From sequence record SRR31156797_201: a stretch of 64,000 nt of DNA; one strand, written 5' to 3'. The notes below the pieces were generated by a model that saw only the letters and a program-made list of their open reading frames with translations, did not search any database and was not told the DNA's origin. Made by a program: the position numbers and the translations under genes. This document shows positions 29,117 through 38,698 of this stretch, piece by piece. How positions within the stretch are numbered: the stretch's first letter is position 1; each line of letters starts with the position of its first letter.

Positions 29117-29479
29117 ATGAAAAAAATACTTGTTGTTGACGATAAACCATCTATGAGCCAATTAATGGTTCGATTTCTACAAAACTCATTCGATGTAACC
29201 ACCAAGGATGATGGACTTAAAGCTATCTCATGGTTGCAATCTGGTAACATTCCAGATATCATTTTAACAGACCTACAGATGCCAAATATGGATGGTATCG
29301 AGTTAATCAAGCGAATTAAGGAAAGTGGATATTTTAATGATATTCCAATTATTGTTTTAAGTAGTCAGGAGAGTAGTAATGTGCGTGTTGAATGTCTTAA
29401 ACTAGGTGCGGAAGATTACATAATGAAACCATTTAATCCTGAAGAATTGATGATAAGAATTGAACGTTTGATTAAATAG
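29117..29479 (+). CDS. Single-domain response regulator (REC)
   Basis: MKKILVVDD, IILTD, LSS and KPF all intact; likely ATG at 29117. Confidence 0.92.
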   Translation: MKKILVVDDKPSMSQLMVRFLQNSFDVTTKDDGLKAISWLQSGNIPDIILTDLQMPNMDGIELIKRIKESGYFNDIPIIVLSSQESSNVRVECLKLGAEDYIMKPFNPEELMIRIERLIK

Positions 29480-29486
29480 AGATGTT

Positions 29487-30674
29487 ATGGAATCAGTAAA
29501 CAGACAAATGAAGTTGATGTATATTGGCTCTGATGATGTGGTTCTTTCCAAACTAAAAGGATTGAATGGAAGAGTTAATCTTGTGCACCATGCAAATCCA
29601 TTGGAAGCTTCTTCCTGGATTGAAAATAATGGGTTGGTTGATGGTGTTGTTTGTGAGTTGGAATTACCAGGACTGAATGGTTTGGACTATAATGATGTTT
29701 TTGTAAACAAGTTCGATGAGCAACAAAAGATACCATATATATTGTTGGTTGATGAAAAACAACCTGAAATCATTAAAAAAGCCATCCAGCAAAAAATTAG
29801 TGACGTATATACTAAGCCAGTTGATGCTGAAACCATAACTAATAGAGTAAACTTTCTCAAGGTTTTAACGGTGCATATGTCTTTTAATCAGGCAGAAGAA
29901 AACCAAAATGTTAAGGTATACAAAACTCCTTTCTTTAAGCGTACTTTCGATATCGTTTTTTCCAGTTTGGCACTTCTTGGATTATCTCCATTATTGTTGG
30001 CTTTTGTTATTGCTATTCGATTAGAATCCAAAGGAAAAGTGTATTACATATCTAAAAGAGTGGGTACAGGCTATCGAATATTTAATTTCTTAAAGTTAAG
30101 ATCTATGTATCCTGATGCAGACAAGAGATTAAAAGAATTGGAACATCTGAATCAATATCAAAGTGAGGAGAATGTGGAAGAAAATAACGTTGAGGAAGAA
30201 GGTGTTGAGGAAAATCAAGGTATAATATTGTTTGGTGATGAGGAAGAAGTAGCTGAAACAACACATATTAAGAGACAAAAAAACAAACAAGATAAGGCAT
30301 TTGTAAAATTTGAAAATGATCCTCGAATTACTAAGGTTGGTCATATCATACGAAAGTTAAGTATTGATGAATTGCCTCAATTGATAAATGTAATTCGTGG
30401 AGATATGTCAATTGTAGGTAATCGCCCATTACCATTGTATGAAGCGGAAATGTTGACTACCGATGAATGGACTGATCGTTTTAATGGTCCGGCAGGTATT
30501 ACCGGTTTGTGGCAAGTGGAAGCCAGAGGAAAATCTTCAAAAATGTCGCCTGAGGAGCGAAAAAGTTTGGATAATAAATATGTTGAAATTGCGAATAGTA
30601 GTTATTCATTTTGGAAAGATATTTGGATTATTCTACGAACGATACCCGCTGTTTTTCAAAAAGAAAACGTTTAA
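29487..30674 (+). CDS. Receiver-like domain fused to a priming phosphoglycosyltransferase (bacterial sugar transferase)
   Basis: N-terminal REC-like fold (ELPGLNG, KPVD); KRTFDI-TM, KLRSM, DPRITKVG, IDELPQL, GDMSIVGNRP and GITGLWQV. Confidence 0.9.
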   Translation: MESVNRQMKLMYIGSDDVVLSKLKGLNGRVNLVHHANPLEASSWIENNGLVDGVVCELELPGLNGLDYNDVFVNKFDEQQKIPYILLVDEKQPEIIKKAIQQKISDVYTKPVDAETITNRVNFLKVLTVHMSFNQAEENQNVKVYKTPFFKRTFDIVFSSLALLGLSPLLLAFVIAIRLESKGKVYYISKRVGTGYRIFNFLKLRSMYPDADKRLKELEHLNQYQSEENVEENNVEEEGVEENQGIILFGDEEEVAETTHIKRQKNKQDKAFVKFENDPRITKVGHIIRKLSIDELPQLINVIRGDMSIVGNRPLPLYEAEMLTTDEWTDRFNGPAGITGLWQVEARGKSSKMSPEERKSLDNKYVEIANSSYSFWKDIWIILRTIPAVFQKENV

Positions 30675-30684
30675 ATAAGCTTTT

Positions 30685-31422
30685 ATGAAATTAAGATTAT
30701 TGCTGTCCTTGTATGTGTTTTTTGCTGGAACTGGATATTCCACAGCCCAAAATATAGAGGATGTTGTGAATAAAACTGTTCAGGGAAATCAAGTTTCAGA
30801 TTTACTGCTACCGCTTAGCCAAATACAAGATTTGGCAATTCAAAATTCTCCATTGTTGAAATTATACGATTCCGAGATTGTAATTGGTCAATTAAAAATA
30901 AAGGCTGAGAAACGAGATTGGATGTCAAATTTGGGTTTTGAAGCCGGAGCAAAATATGGATTGTATGATAATTTGGTAATTACAGAAGATTTAGGCACAG
31001 GCGAGTCTAATACCTCAACTACGGAACAAACACGATATAGTGTTGGTGTATTTTTAAAAATTCCTCTTAACAATATTGCGGATAGGTCTAATGTAAGACA
31101 GGCAAAAGCTGAGTTGGAGAAAATTCGGTATCAAAAAGAAAATAGTGAACAAGAACTTCGTAAGTTAATTATTATACAATATAATAATGTTTTGAAATCA
31201 AACATGAGTTTGGAAATTAGGAATAAATCTTACGAAATGTTCAAATTACAGTTAATCAGATCTGAGAAAGATTTTGTGAATGGAAAAATTAATATCTCGG
31301 AATATTCAAAAGTACATGATATGACAGTAAGGGCAGAACTGGAATTTAACAATGTAAAAATTGAATTACGTACGGCCATTCAGGTGTTGAATGAAATTGT
31401 AGGAGCTCAGGTTACACTCTAA
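30685..31422 (+). CDS. Short TolC/OEP-like secreted protein
   Basis: Signal peptide STA-Q; LAIQNSPLL, two beta-strands ending LKIPL, then long helices as in one OEP repeat. Confidence 0.65.
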   Translation: MKLRLLLSLYVFFAGTGYSTAQNIEDVVNKTVQGNQVSDLLLPLSQIQDLAIQNSPLLKLYDSEIVIGQLKIKAEKRDWMSNLGFEAGAKYGLYDNLVITEDLGTGESNTSTTEQTRYSVGVFLKIPLNNIADRSNVRQAKAELEKIRYQKENSEQELRKLIIIQYNNVLKSNMSLEIRNKSYEMFKLQLIRSEKDFVNGKINISEYSKVHDMTVRAELEFNNVKIELRTAIQVLNEIVGAQVTL

Positions 31423-31433
31423 ATCTAATTATT

Positions 31434-33644
31434 TTGAATATTATATTCTTTATACGACTACTTCAGAAGCATATGCTAATATTGGTTATTACACCAATAA
31501 TGATGGCTGGGTTGGTATTTTTTCTTACCCAAAATCAACCAAGCAAGTTTGTTTCGCAAACAAAAATATATACTGGAATTGCAACAGGTTCATCAATTGT
31601 TTCACTTGAGGAATCAAAATTTGATTTGTTTGGAACAAGAACTGCTTTTGATAATCTAATTAACCTGATAAAATCGAAAACAACGATTGAAGAGGTTGGC
31701 TTGAAGCTGTTTACTCAGCATATGTTGTTGGATGAAGCCAAACAAGATGTTATTTTAAGAAATCATTATAACGAGCTGATGGCAATTGTTCCTGATGAGG
31801 TGAAGAATTTAGTTGTCAAGAATAATTTTGAAAAAACATATCACAATTTTTTGCAGTACAAGCAAAAGGATCATTCAAATTTTGTGAATGAATTAATTAA
31901 CCTAAATCACCGTCATTATAGTTCTAAAAAGATATTATCCAAAATTAAAGTAAGCCGTGTTCAATCGAGTGACATGATTGAAATAAAGTATGAATCTGAT
32001 GATCCAGGAATTTGTTCAGGAACCTTAAAGTTACTAAACGAGGTTTTTGTAAAAGTGTATTCCGATATTAAGGTAAATCAATCTGATGCTGTCGTTAGAT
32101 ATTTTCAAAAGGAAATTGAAGGAGCAAGAGCTTCTTTAAATGGAGCTGAGGAGGAGTTGGTAGAGTTTAACCGTAATCATAACATCATAAATTATTACGA
32201 ACAAACAAAACATATTGCATCTGAAAAAGAGCATTTTGATTTGATGTACACTCAAATTTTAATGGATCATGTTGCAGCCGAATCGGTATTGAAGGTCTTA
32301 GAAAGTAAGATGTCTGAAAGCGAAAAACGACGGATTAATAGCGATGAGATGATTGCTTTGAGGGATAGCTTGTCAGATGTAAATTATCAAATTTCGATGA
32401 AGATTAGTCGTTCAGAAATTTTTGGAGAGTTAAATGATGACGAAACTGAAAGACTGAATAGGTTAAAAACTAAAGCTGATGAGTTAACTCAATATCTTCG
32501 GAAAAATGTTGAAAAACAATTTGATTTAGATAATAGCATTGAGGGCTTAACGGGTAGTTCAATTCTTGATCAATGGTTGCAAAAAATGATAGAATTTGAG
32601 TCGTCACAAGCACAATTGGAAGTGGGAAAACAAATTACAAAAGAATTTGAAGAATTATTTGAAACCTATGCCCCTTTAGGTGCGAAGATGAAGCGTTTGG
32701 AACGAAAAATTGATGTAGCAGAGAGGAAATATTTATCGATGCTGAATAGTTTAAATACAGCAAAATTAAAACAACAGAACATTGAACTAAATTCGAATTT
32801 AAAGATTGTTGCAGAACCATTTTTTCCTATCGAGGCAGAACCTAGCAAGAGAAAGTTTCTATTAATTATAGCATTTATGGTTGGAGGAATAATTCCAGCT
32901 TTCATAATTTTAGCTTTGGAATTTTTGGATAGCAGTATCAAAACAGTTCATCGAGCCGAAGATAAAACAGGTTTGAAGGTAGCAGCTATGTTCCCTAAGA
33001 ATTTAAATAAAAATGATAAGTTGGATCATGAGTTTATAAATGGAAGAAGTCTGGATGTAATAGCCAGAAAACTGACATTGCTGAATCATAAAGAAGAAAA
33101 TGGTGGAGCTCACAAGATTCTTATATATAGTAACCTGAAGGGGGAGGGCAAGACTTATCTATCAAGTTTACTTTTTGAGAAATTTGAACAATTTGGTTTA
33201 AAAACATTGTTTGTAACTCCTCATGATATTGAAGCTCCTATCGGTTGTACTTGTATTAATTATCAGATTAAACCTAATTTTAATCGTTTATCTAGTATTC
33301 AGGATATTTTGAATGATACTGTAAATATCAATGATTTTGATTATGCTTTTGTTGAATTACCAGCAATTATCTCAAATGCTTATCCATTGAAATGGTTTAA
33401 AGAAGCTGATAATTCATTATTGGTACTTCGTGCAAATCGAGCTTGGACTGAAGCTGATGGCAATTCTTTAAGGGATATAGAATTGGTGAGTGAAGGAAAA
33501 CAATCACAAATAATACTTAATGGTGTGGAACTAACCGAAATGGAAAGTGTGTTAGGAGATTTGCCTAAAAAACGTTCATGGTTTAGGAGAGGAATTAAGA
33601 ATATTTTGAGATTACGCTTTTTCACCAATGCAAATATTCTATAA
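31434..33644 (+). CDS. Polysaccharide co-polymerase (Wzc/GumC-like) with degenerate kinase domain
   Basis: Two TMs flanking a periplasmic coiled coil; P-x3-P-S-K-R before TM2; Walker A-like SNLKGEGKT; TTG start. Confidence 0.85.
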   Translation: MNIIFFIRLLQKHMLILVITPIMMAGLVFFLTQNQPSKFVSQTKIYTGIATGSSIVSLEESKFDLFGTRTAFDNLINLIKSKTTIEEVGLKLFTQHMLLDEAKQDVILRNHYNELMAIVPDEVKNLVVKNNFEKTYHNFLQYKQKDHSNFVNELINLNHRHYSSKKILSKIKVSRVQSSDMIEIKYESDDPGICSGTLKLLNEVFVKVYSDIKVNQSDAVVRYFQKEIEGARASLNGAEEELVEFNRNHNIINYYEQTKHIASEKEHFDLMYTQILMDHVAAESVLKVLESKMSESEKRRINSDEMIALRDSLSDVNYQISMKISRSEIFGELNDDETERLNRLKTKADELTQYLRKNVEKQFDLDNSIEGLTGSSILDQWLQKMIEFESSQAQLEVGKQITKEFEELFETYAPLGAKMKRLERKIDVAERKYLSMLNSLNTAKLKQQNIELNSNLKIVAEPFFPIEAEPSKRKFLLIIAFMVGGIIPAFIILALEFLDSSIKTVHRAEDKTGLKVAAMFPKNLNKNDKLDHEFINGRSLDVIARKLTLLNHKEENGGAHKILIYSNLKGEGKTYLSSLLFEKFEQFGLKTLFVTPHDIEAPIGCTCINYQIKPNFNRLSSIQDILNDTVNINDFDYAFVELPAIISNAYPLKWFKEADNSLLVLRANRAWTEADGNSLRDIELVSEGKQSQIILNGVELTEMESVLGDLPKKRSWFRRGIKNILRLRFFTNANIL

Positions 33645-34985
33645 ATGTTAAATATCATTCGAAAAATAGTAAGAGAGAAAAATGTTTTGTCGCTATCAAC
33701 AAGTATACTGACAGCAGCTTTGGGCTTACTTGGATTCTTACTTCTCACAAGAGGTTTGAGTCAGAGTATGTTTGGAGATTGGGTGTTGTATACTTCATTG
33801 GCAACATTTGTTGATTTACTTCGGTTTGGATTAACAAGTACCGCCTTGGTTCGATTTGCCTCAGGTGGAAATGATGATCAAAAAAAGGCATATTTGGGCG
33901 CAAGCTTTAAAATCGGACTTTTTGTGGTTGGAGCGATAGTTATTATTCTTTGGACCATATTCTTTATCACTGCCAGTTTTGATATACAAATGAATAATGG
34001 CTACTATTTATTTTTGAAATGGTACCCAATTCTAGCTGTTTTAAATTTATCGTGGAACAATTCTGTTTCTTATTTTCAAGCGGGTCAGAATTTTAAATCC
34101 ATACTGTTTATTCGGTTAATTAACGTAGGGAGTTTTGTTCTTTTTCTGATTATAAACAATTTGTTTTTCCGTTTTGGAATCATTGAGATATTATATGCGC
34201 ACTTGGCTTGTAATTTATTACCTAGCATTCTGGTTTTTGTAAAAAAATGGGATGGATTACTTTACATTCGAAGAGCTACAAAAGAAACGGTTTCCGAGAT
34301 GCTGAATTTTGGTAAATTCTCCATGGGAACATTGGTAGGTTCGAGTTTGTTGCGCAGTGCCGATACCTTTATTATTGGTTTAAGCCCAGTTTTAGGATCC
34401 GTAGGTATTGCGCAATATGCCATTCCGTTAAAATTGACCGACCTTCTTGGAATACCTCTGCGTAGTTTTACGGTTACAGCATTTCCTAAAATGTCTAAAC
34501 TAAGCTTAGCTGGTAAAATTGATGAATTCAAAGATGTGTTTTATTCGTATAGTGGTGCAGTAACTTTCTTGTTTGTTCCAGTTGCTATCGGAGGATTTAT
34601 TTTTGCCGAACCATTGGTTTGGTTGCTTGGTGGCGATCAGTACAAAGATTCGTTACCATTGCTTGCTAATATCTTTAGAATCTTTTCTGTTTACTCCATA
34701 TTATTACCAATAGATCGATTTACTGGTGTTGCTTTAGACAGTATAAACCGACCAAAAATGAACTTTTACAAAGTGATTGTAATGACTTCAGCAAATATTA
34801 TAGGAGATCTTGTAGCTGTCTTCGTATTTCAATCTTTGCAGGCAGTCGCATTGGTTACGGTTGTATTTACTTTAATAGGTATTGTAATTGGATATACTTA
34901 TTTAAATAGGGAAATTAGGGTTAATATTTTGCAAGTAGCAAACGGAGGATTGATCTTTTTTAAGAATTTGAGAAGACATTTATAA
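33645..34985 (+). CDS. wzx: Wzx-type polysaccharide flippase (MOP family)
   Basis: About 12 TMs; LTRGLSQSMFG, FGLTSTALVRF, DTFIIG and GIAQY; EPS context. Confidence 0.82.
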   Translation: MLNIIRKIVREKNVLSLSTSILTAALGLLGFLLLTRGLSQSMFGDWVLYTSLATFVDLLRFGLTSTALVRFASGGNDDQKKAYLGASFKIGLFVVGAIVIILWTIFFITASFDIQMNNGYYLFLKWYPILAVLNLSWNNSVSYFQAGQNFKSILFIRLINVGSFVLFLIINNLFFRFGIIEILYAHLACNLLPSILVFVKKWDGLLYIRRATKETVSEMLNFGKFSMGTLVGSSLLRSADTFIIGLSPVLGSVGIAQYAIPLKLTDLLGIPLRSFTVTAFPKMSKLSLAGKIDEFKDVFYSYSGAVTFLFVPVAIGGFIFAEPLVWLLGGDQYKDSLPLLANIFRIFSVYSILLPIDRFTGVALDSINRPKMNFYKVIVMTSANIIGDLVAVFVFQSLQAVALVTVVFTLIGIVIGYTYLNREIRVNILQVANGGLIFFKNLRRHL

Positions 34986-34989
34986 TTCA

Positions 34990-36477
34990 ATGTATATGAG
35001 CAATGATTTTACCATTTCACGAGGAAGCGATATTCTAAGAAAACCAGTTTGGTTTATTGGCTTGCTTGCAATGATGCTGGTATTGTCTTTTATGATTGCT
35101 AAAGGTGGAATGGTTGCTGGTATTGGAATTATTCTTGTTCCTGGTATTTTAACAGCTGTATCGTTCATTTTCAAAATCCCTCGAGTTGGTTTAATTTTTA
35201 TTTACCTATTAAACTATGTAGTACTTGGTTTGGTGAGATATGTGAAGGGAATTCCTTTAGGGCTGAGTATTGATGGAATTCTGATAATGATATATCTGGC
35301 TTTATTCTTTAAATCTTTTTTTGAAAAAGTACCCTGGAAAAATGCAAAAAATGATTTGGTTGTATTGGCTGCTGTTTGGTTTGCTTATGCTATTTTTCAA
35401 TTGGTAAATCCAGAAGCTGTTAGTCGTGTGGCGTGGTTTTATGCTATGCGTGGAGTTGCATTTTATATGTTACTAATTATTCCAATTTTGTTTATTGTTT
35501 TTAATAAGCAAAAAGATTTGGATCTTTTCTTCAAAATGTGGGCTTGTTTGGCACTTTTAGGTTCATTTAAAGGAATAATGCAAAAGCATTTTGGCGTTGA
35601 CCCATGGGAACAGGCATGGCTTGATGGCGGTGGAGAACTTACACATATACTTTTCGGAAAATTAAGAGTTTTTTCATTTTTTTCAGATGCAGGACAGTTT
35701 GGTGCATCGCAAGGTCAGGCAGGTGTTGTTTTTGGAATACTGGCCTTAAATCGTGAGAAATGGGATAAGGTTAAAATATTTTATGGCATTGTGGCTTTTT
35801 TAGGTCTTTATGGAATGATGATTTCAGGAACTCGTGGGGCTATTGCAGTGCCAATTATGGGTTTTGCCTTGTATACTTTTCTAAGGAAAAATATACGTGT
35901 TATGATACTTGGAGCTCTTATGGGATTAATGGTTCTGGTATTTTTCAAATATACTACAATAGGTTCTAGTAATTATACAATCAATAGAATGCGCACTGCA
36001 TTCGATCCCAACGATGCTTCTCTACAAGTTAGGCTAGAGAACCAAAGAAGATTAAAAACCTATATGGCGAGTAGACCATTTGGAGGAGGTATTGGATCGG
36101 CAGGGAACTGGGGGCAACGATTTACTCCAAATACTTTTTTAGCAAATACACCAACAGATAGTTGGTATGTAATGATTTGGGCAGAACAAGGTATTGTGGG
36201 TTTAACTCTACACTTGTTTATTCTCTTTTATGTATTAGGTAAAGGAAGTTATTTGATCATGTTCAAATTAAGGGATAAGAGGTTAAAAATACAGATGATG
36301 GCATTAGCAGGAGGAATGTTTGGAATTATGGTTGCTTCATACGGGAATGGTGTCCTGGGGCAAATGCCCACTGGATTAATAATGTACTCAAGTATGGCTT
36401 TTTTGTTTTTAGCACCTAAACTCGATCAGGATATTGCAGATAAAAAAACTTTGGAAGAGAAAGATAAAACGACTTAA
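34990..36477 (+). CDS. wzy: Wzy polymerase / O-antigen-ligase family protein
   Basis: Multi-TM; SGTRGA, R..PFGGGIG and DSWYVMIWAEQGIVG. Confidence 0.8.
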   Translation: MYMSNDFTISRGSDILRKPVWFIGLLAMMLVLSFMIAKGGMVAGIGIILVPGILTAVSFIFKIPRVGLIFIYLLNYVVLGLVRYVKGIPLGLSIDGILIMIYLALFFKSFFEKVPWKNAKNDLVVLAAVWFAYAIFQLVNPEAVSRVAWFYAMRGVAFYMLLIIPILFIVFNKQKDLDLFFKMWACLALLGSFKGIMQKHFGVDPWEQAWLDGGGELTHILFGKLRVFSFFSDAGQFGASQGQAGVVFGILALNREKWDKVKIFYGIVAFLGLYGMMISGTRGAIAVPIMGFALYTFLRKNIRVMILGALMGLMVLVFFKYTTIGSSNYTINRMRTAFDPNDASLQVRLENQRRLKTYMASRPFGGGIGSAGNWGQRFTPNTFLANTPTDSWYVMIWAEQGIVGLTLHLFILFYVLGKGSYLIMFKLRDKRLKIQMMALAGGMFGIMVASYGNGVLGQMPTGLIMYSSMAFLFLAPKLDQDIADKKTLEEKDKTT

Positions 36478-36488
36478 AATAATCTACT

Positions 36489-37415
36489 ATGCAAGATGAT
36501 AATAGAGAACAACCTTTAGTTTCCATTATTACGGTTAATTATAATCAGGCAGGAGTTACTTGTGAGTTTTTGGAGAGTATTCAAAAAATCACGTATCCAA
36601 ATTATGAGGTAATCGTCGTTGATAATGCTTCACCTACCGAAGACCCATCATCAATAAAAGAGAATTATCCTTTTATAGAATTTATTAAATCGGAAGTGAA
36701 TCTGGGTTTTGCAGGTGGAAACAATTTGGGAGTAAGAGTAGCAAAAGGTGAATATCTTCTTTTCATTAATAATGATACGGAAGTGGAAGCTGATTTTTTA
36801 CAACCTATGATTGAAAAATTTCAGGAGGATGATAATATTGGGATGATGAGTCCAAAAATTCGATTTCATCACACTCCAGATACCATACAATATGCAGGCT
36901 ATACTCCAATGAATCCCTATACAATGCGTCAACATTTAATAGGGTACAGAAAGGTGGACAAAGGTCAGTTTGATGAACCAAAATTTACGTATAGTATCCA
37001 CGGTGCCGCTATGATGGTACCACGAAAAGTAATACAAGAGGTGGGTATGATGACAGAGGTATATTTTCTTTACTACGAAGAGCATGATTGGTGTGCTAGA
37101 ATTAAAAAAGTGGGTTATAAGGTTTTTTATCAACCTAAATCTCTGGTTTTTCACAAAGAATCGATATCAACAGGAAAGGAAAGTCCACTTAAAACTTATT
37201 ACATATCTCGTAATAGAATTGTATACACCAGAAGAAATTCAAAAGGTTTACTATTTATATTGAATTTATTATTCCTCTTGGGTATAACATTGCCAAAGAA
37301 TACTTTAGTTTTTCTTGTTAAGCTGAGATTTGATCTGCTAAAGGCATTTTATAAAGCAATGTTTTGGAATTTATTTCATTTTAAAGGGATTCATCACAAC
37401 CCAAAGCTCTCTTAA
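36489..37415 (+). CDS. Glycosyltransferase family 2
   Basis: SIITVNYN, VVDNAS, NLGFAGGNN, INND and FLYYEEHDW. Confidence 0.9.
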   Translation: MQDDNREQPLVSIITVNYNQAGVTCEFLESIQKITYPNYEVIVVDNASPTEDPSSIKENYPFIEFIKSEVNLGFAGGNNLGVRVAKGEYLLFINNDTEVEADFLQPMIEKFQEDDNIGMMSPKIRFHHTPDTIQYAGYTPMNPYTMRQHLIGYRKVDKGQFDEPKFTYSIHGAAMMVPRKVIQEVGMMTEVYFLYYEEHDWCARIKKVGYKVFYQPKSLVFHKESISTGKESPLKTYYISRNRIVYTRRNSKGLLFILNLLFLLGITLPKNTLVFLVKLRFDLLKAFYKAMFWNLFHFKGIHHNPKLS

Positions 37416-37459
37416 TGCGTATCAATCTACTTTAGAGATTATATCACTAAATACTACTT

Positions 37460-38659
37460 ATGGAATCAATTTTGACTATTTTTCACGTATTAGAATATAT
37501 TTTATTTATCTACTTAGGTATAGCCGGGGTTTACATTCTGATTTTTGCTTTAGCCTCAGTTTTCAAATATCATCCTAAAAGAAAGAAGGATTGTAAGCAG
37601 AGGAAAACTGCTGTTCTTATTCCTGGATATAAGGAGGATGCCGTAATTGTTGATGTTGCTAAGCAAGCTTTATTGCAATCTTATAAACAAGAAAATTACG
37701 ATGTTGTTGTAATCGCAGATTCTTTTCAATCTGAAACTATTGATAAACTTCGTGAACTCCCGATTAAATTAATTGAAGTAAGTTTTCCAAAAAGTACAAA
37801 ATCGAAAGCTTTGAATAAAGCTATGGAAGTACTAGGTGATGATTACGAAATTGCCTGCATTCTCGATGCAGACAATATTATGGAAATGGATGTTTTAGAG
37901 AGAATTAACGAATCGTTCGAGAATGGATATAAAGTAGTGCAAGGTCACAGGGCAGCAAAAAATGTGAATACTTCCTTTGCTATTTTGGATGCTGTAAGTG
38001 AGGAGTTAAATAATAATATCTTTCGTAAAGGACATCGGATTCTCGGATTCTCATCAGCATTAATTGGTTCGGGAATGGCTTTCGAGTACTCTTTCTTTAA
38101 AAACATAATGAAAGAGGTAAATGCTGTAGGAGGATTTGATAAGGAATTGGAATTGCGATTGCTTAAAGACAAGCAAAAAATTGAATATTTACCGGATGCT
38201 ATTATTTACGATGAGAAAATTCAAAAATCAGATGCATTTGCCAATCAAAGAAAAAGATGGTTATCCGCCCAGTTTGTATACTTCCAACGTTATGCAATGC
38301 CAGGTTTGATACATTTGGTTTTTAAAGGGAATGTGGATTTTTTCGATAAGGTTTATCAAATGATCTCTCCACCACGAATTCTACTATTGGGGATGGTTGG
38401 ATTTTTTACAATTGCCTACTGGATGATTCATTTGTTAATTCCCAATTCATTGGAAATGGCATTGACCCAGAATCATTGGAGCATTGTAATGGCAATAGTT
38501 GTAATGGCATTTGTCATTGGCATACCACGAAAGTTTTACAATAAAGCAACCTTACAGGCTATACTGTCTTTACCAAAAGCATTTTTTATCATGTTTGCTT
38601 CTCTATTTAAGCTAAAAGGAGCAAATAAGAAATTTATACATACTCAACACGGACAATAG
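37460..38659 (+). CDS. Membrane-bound GT2 (synthase-like, QxxRW)
   Basis: N-terminal TM; LIPGYKE, IAD, KSKALN, LDAD, QRKRW; C-terminal TMs. Confidence 0.87.
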   Translation: MESILTIFHVLEYILFIYLGIAGVYILIFALASVFKYHPKRKKDCKQRKTAVLIPGYKEDAVIVDVAKQALLQSYKQENYDVVVIADSFQSETIDKLRELPIKLIEVSFPKSTKSKALNKAMEVLGDDYEIACILDADNIMEMDVLERINESFENGYKVVQGHRAAKNVNTSFAILDAVSEELNNNIFRKGHRILGFSSALIGSGMAFEYSFFKNIMKEVNAVGGFDKELELRLLKDKQKIEYLPDAIIYDEKIQKSDAFANQRKRWLSAQFVYFQRYAMPGLIHLVFKGNVDFFDKVYQMISPPRILLLGMVGFFTIAYWMIHLLIPNSLEMALTQNHWSIVMAIVVMAFVIGIPRKFYNKATLQAILSLPKAFFIMFASLFKLKGANKKFIHTQHGQ

Positions 38660-38698
38660 TCTTTATTGACTATAAATAACTACTAACTTAAATTACTT

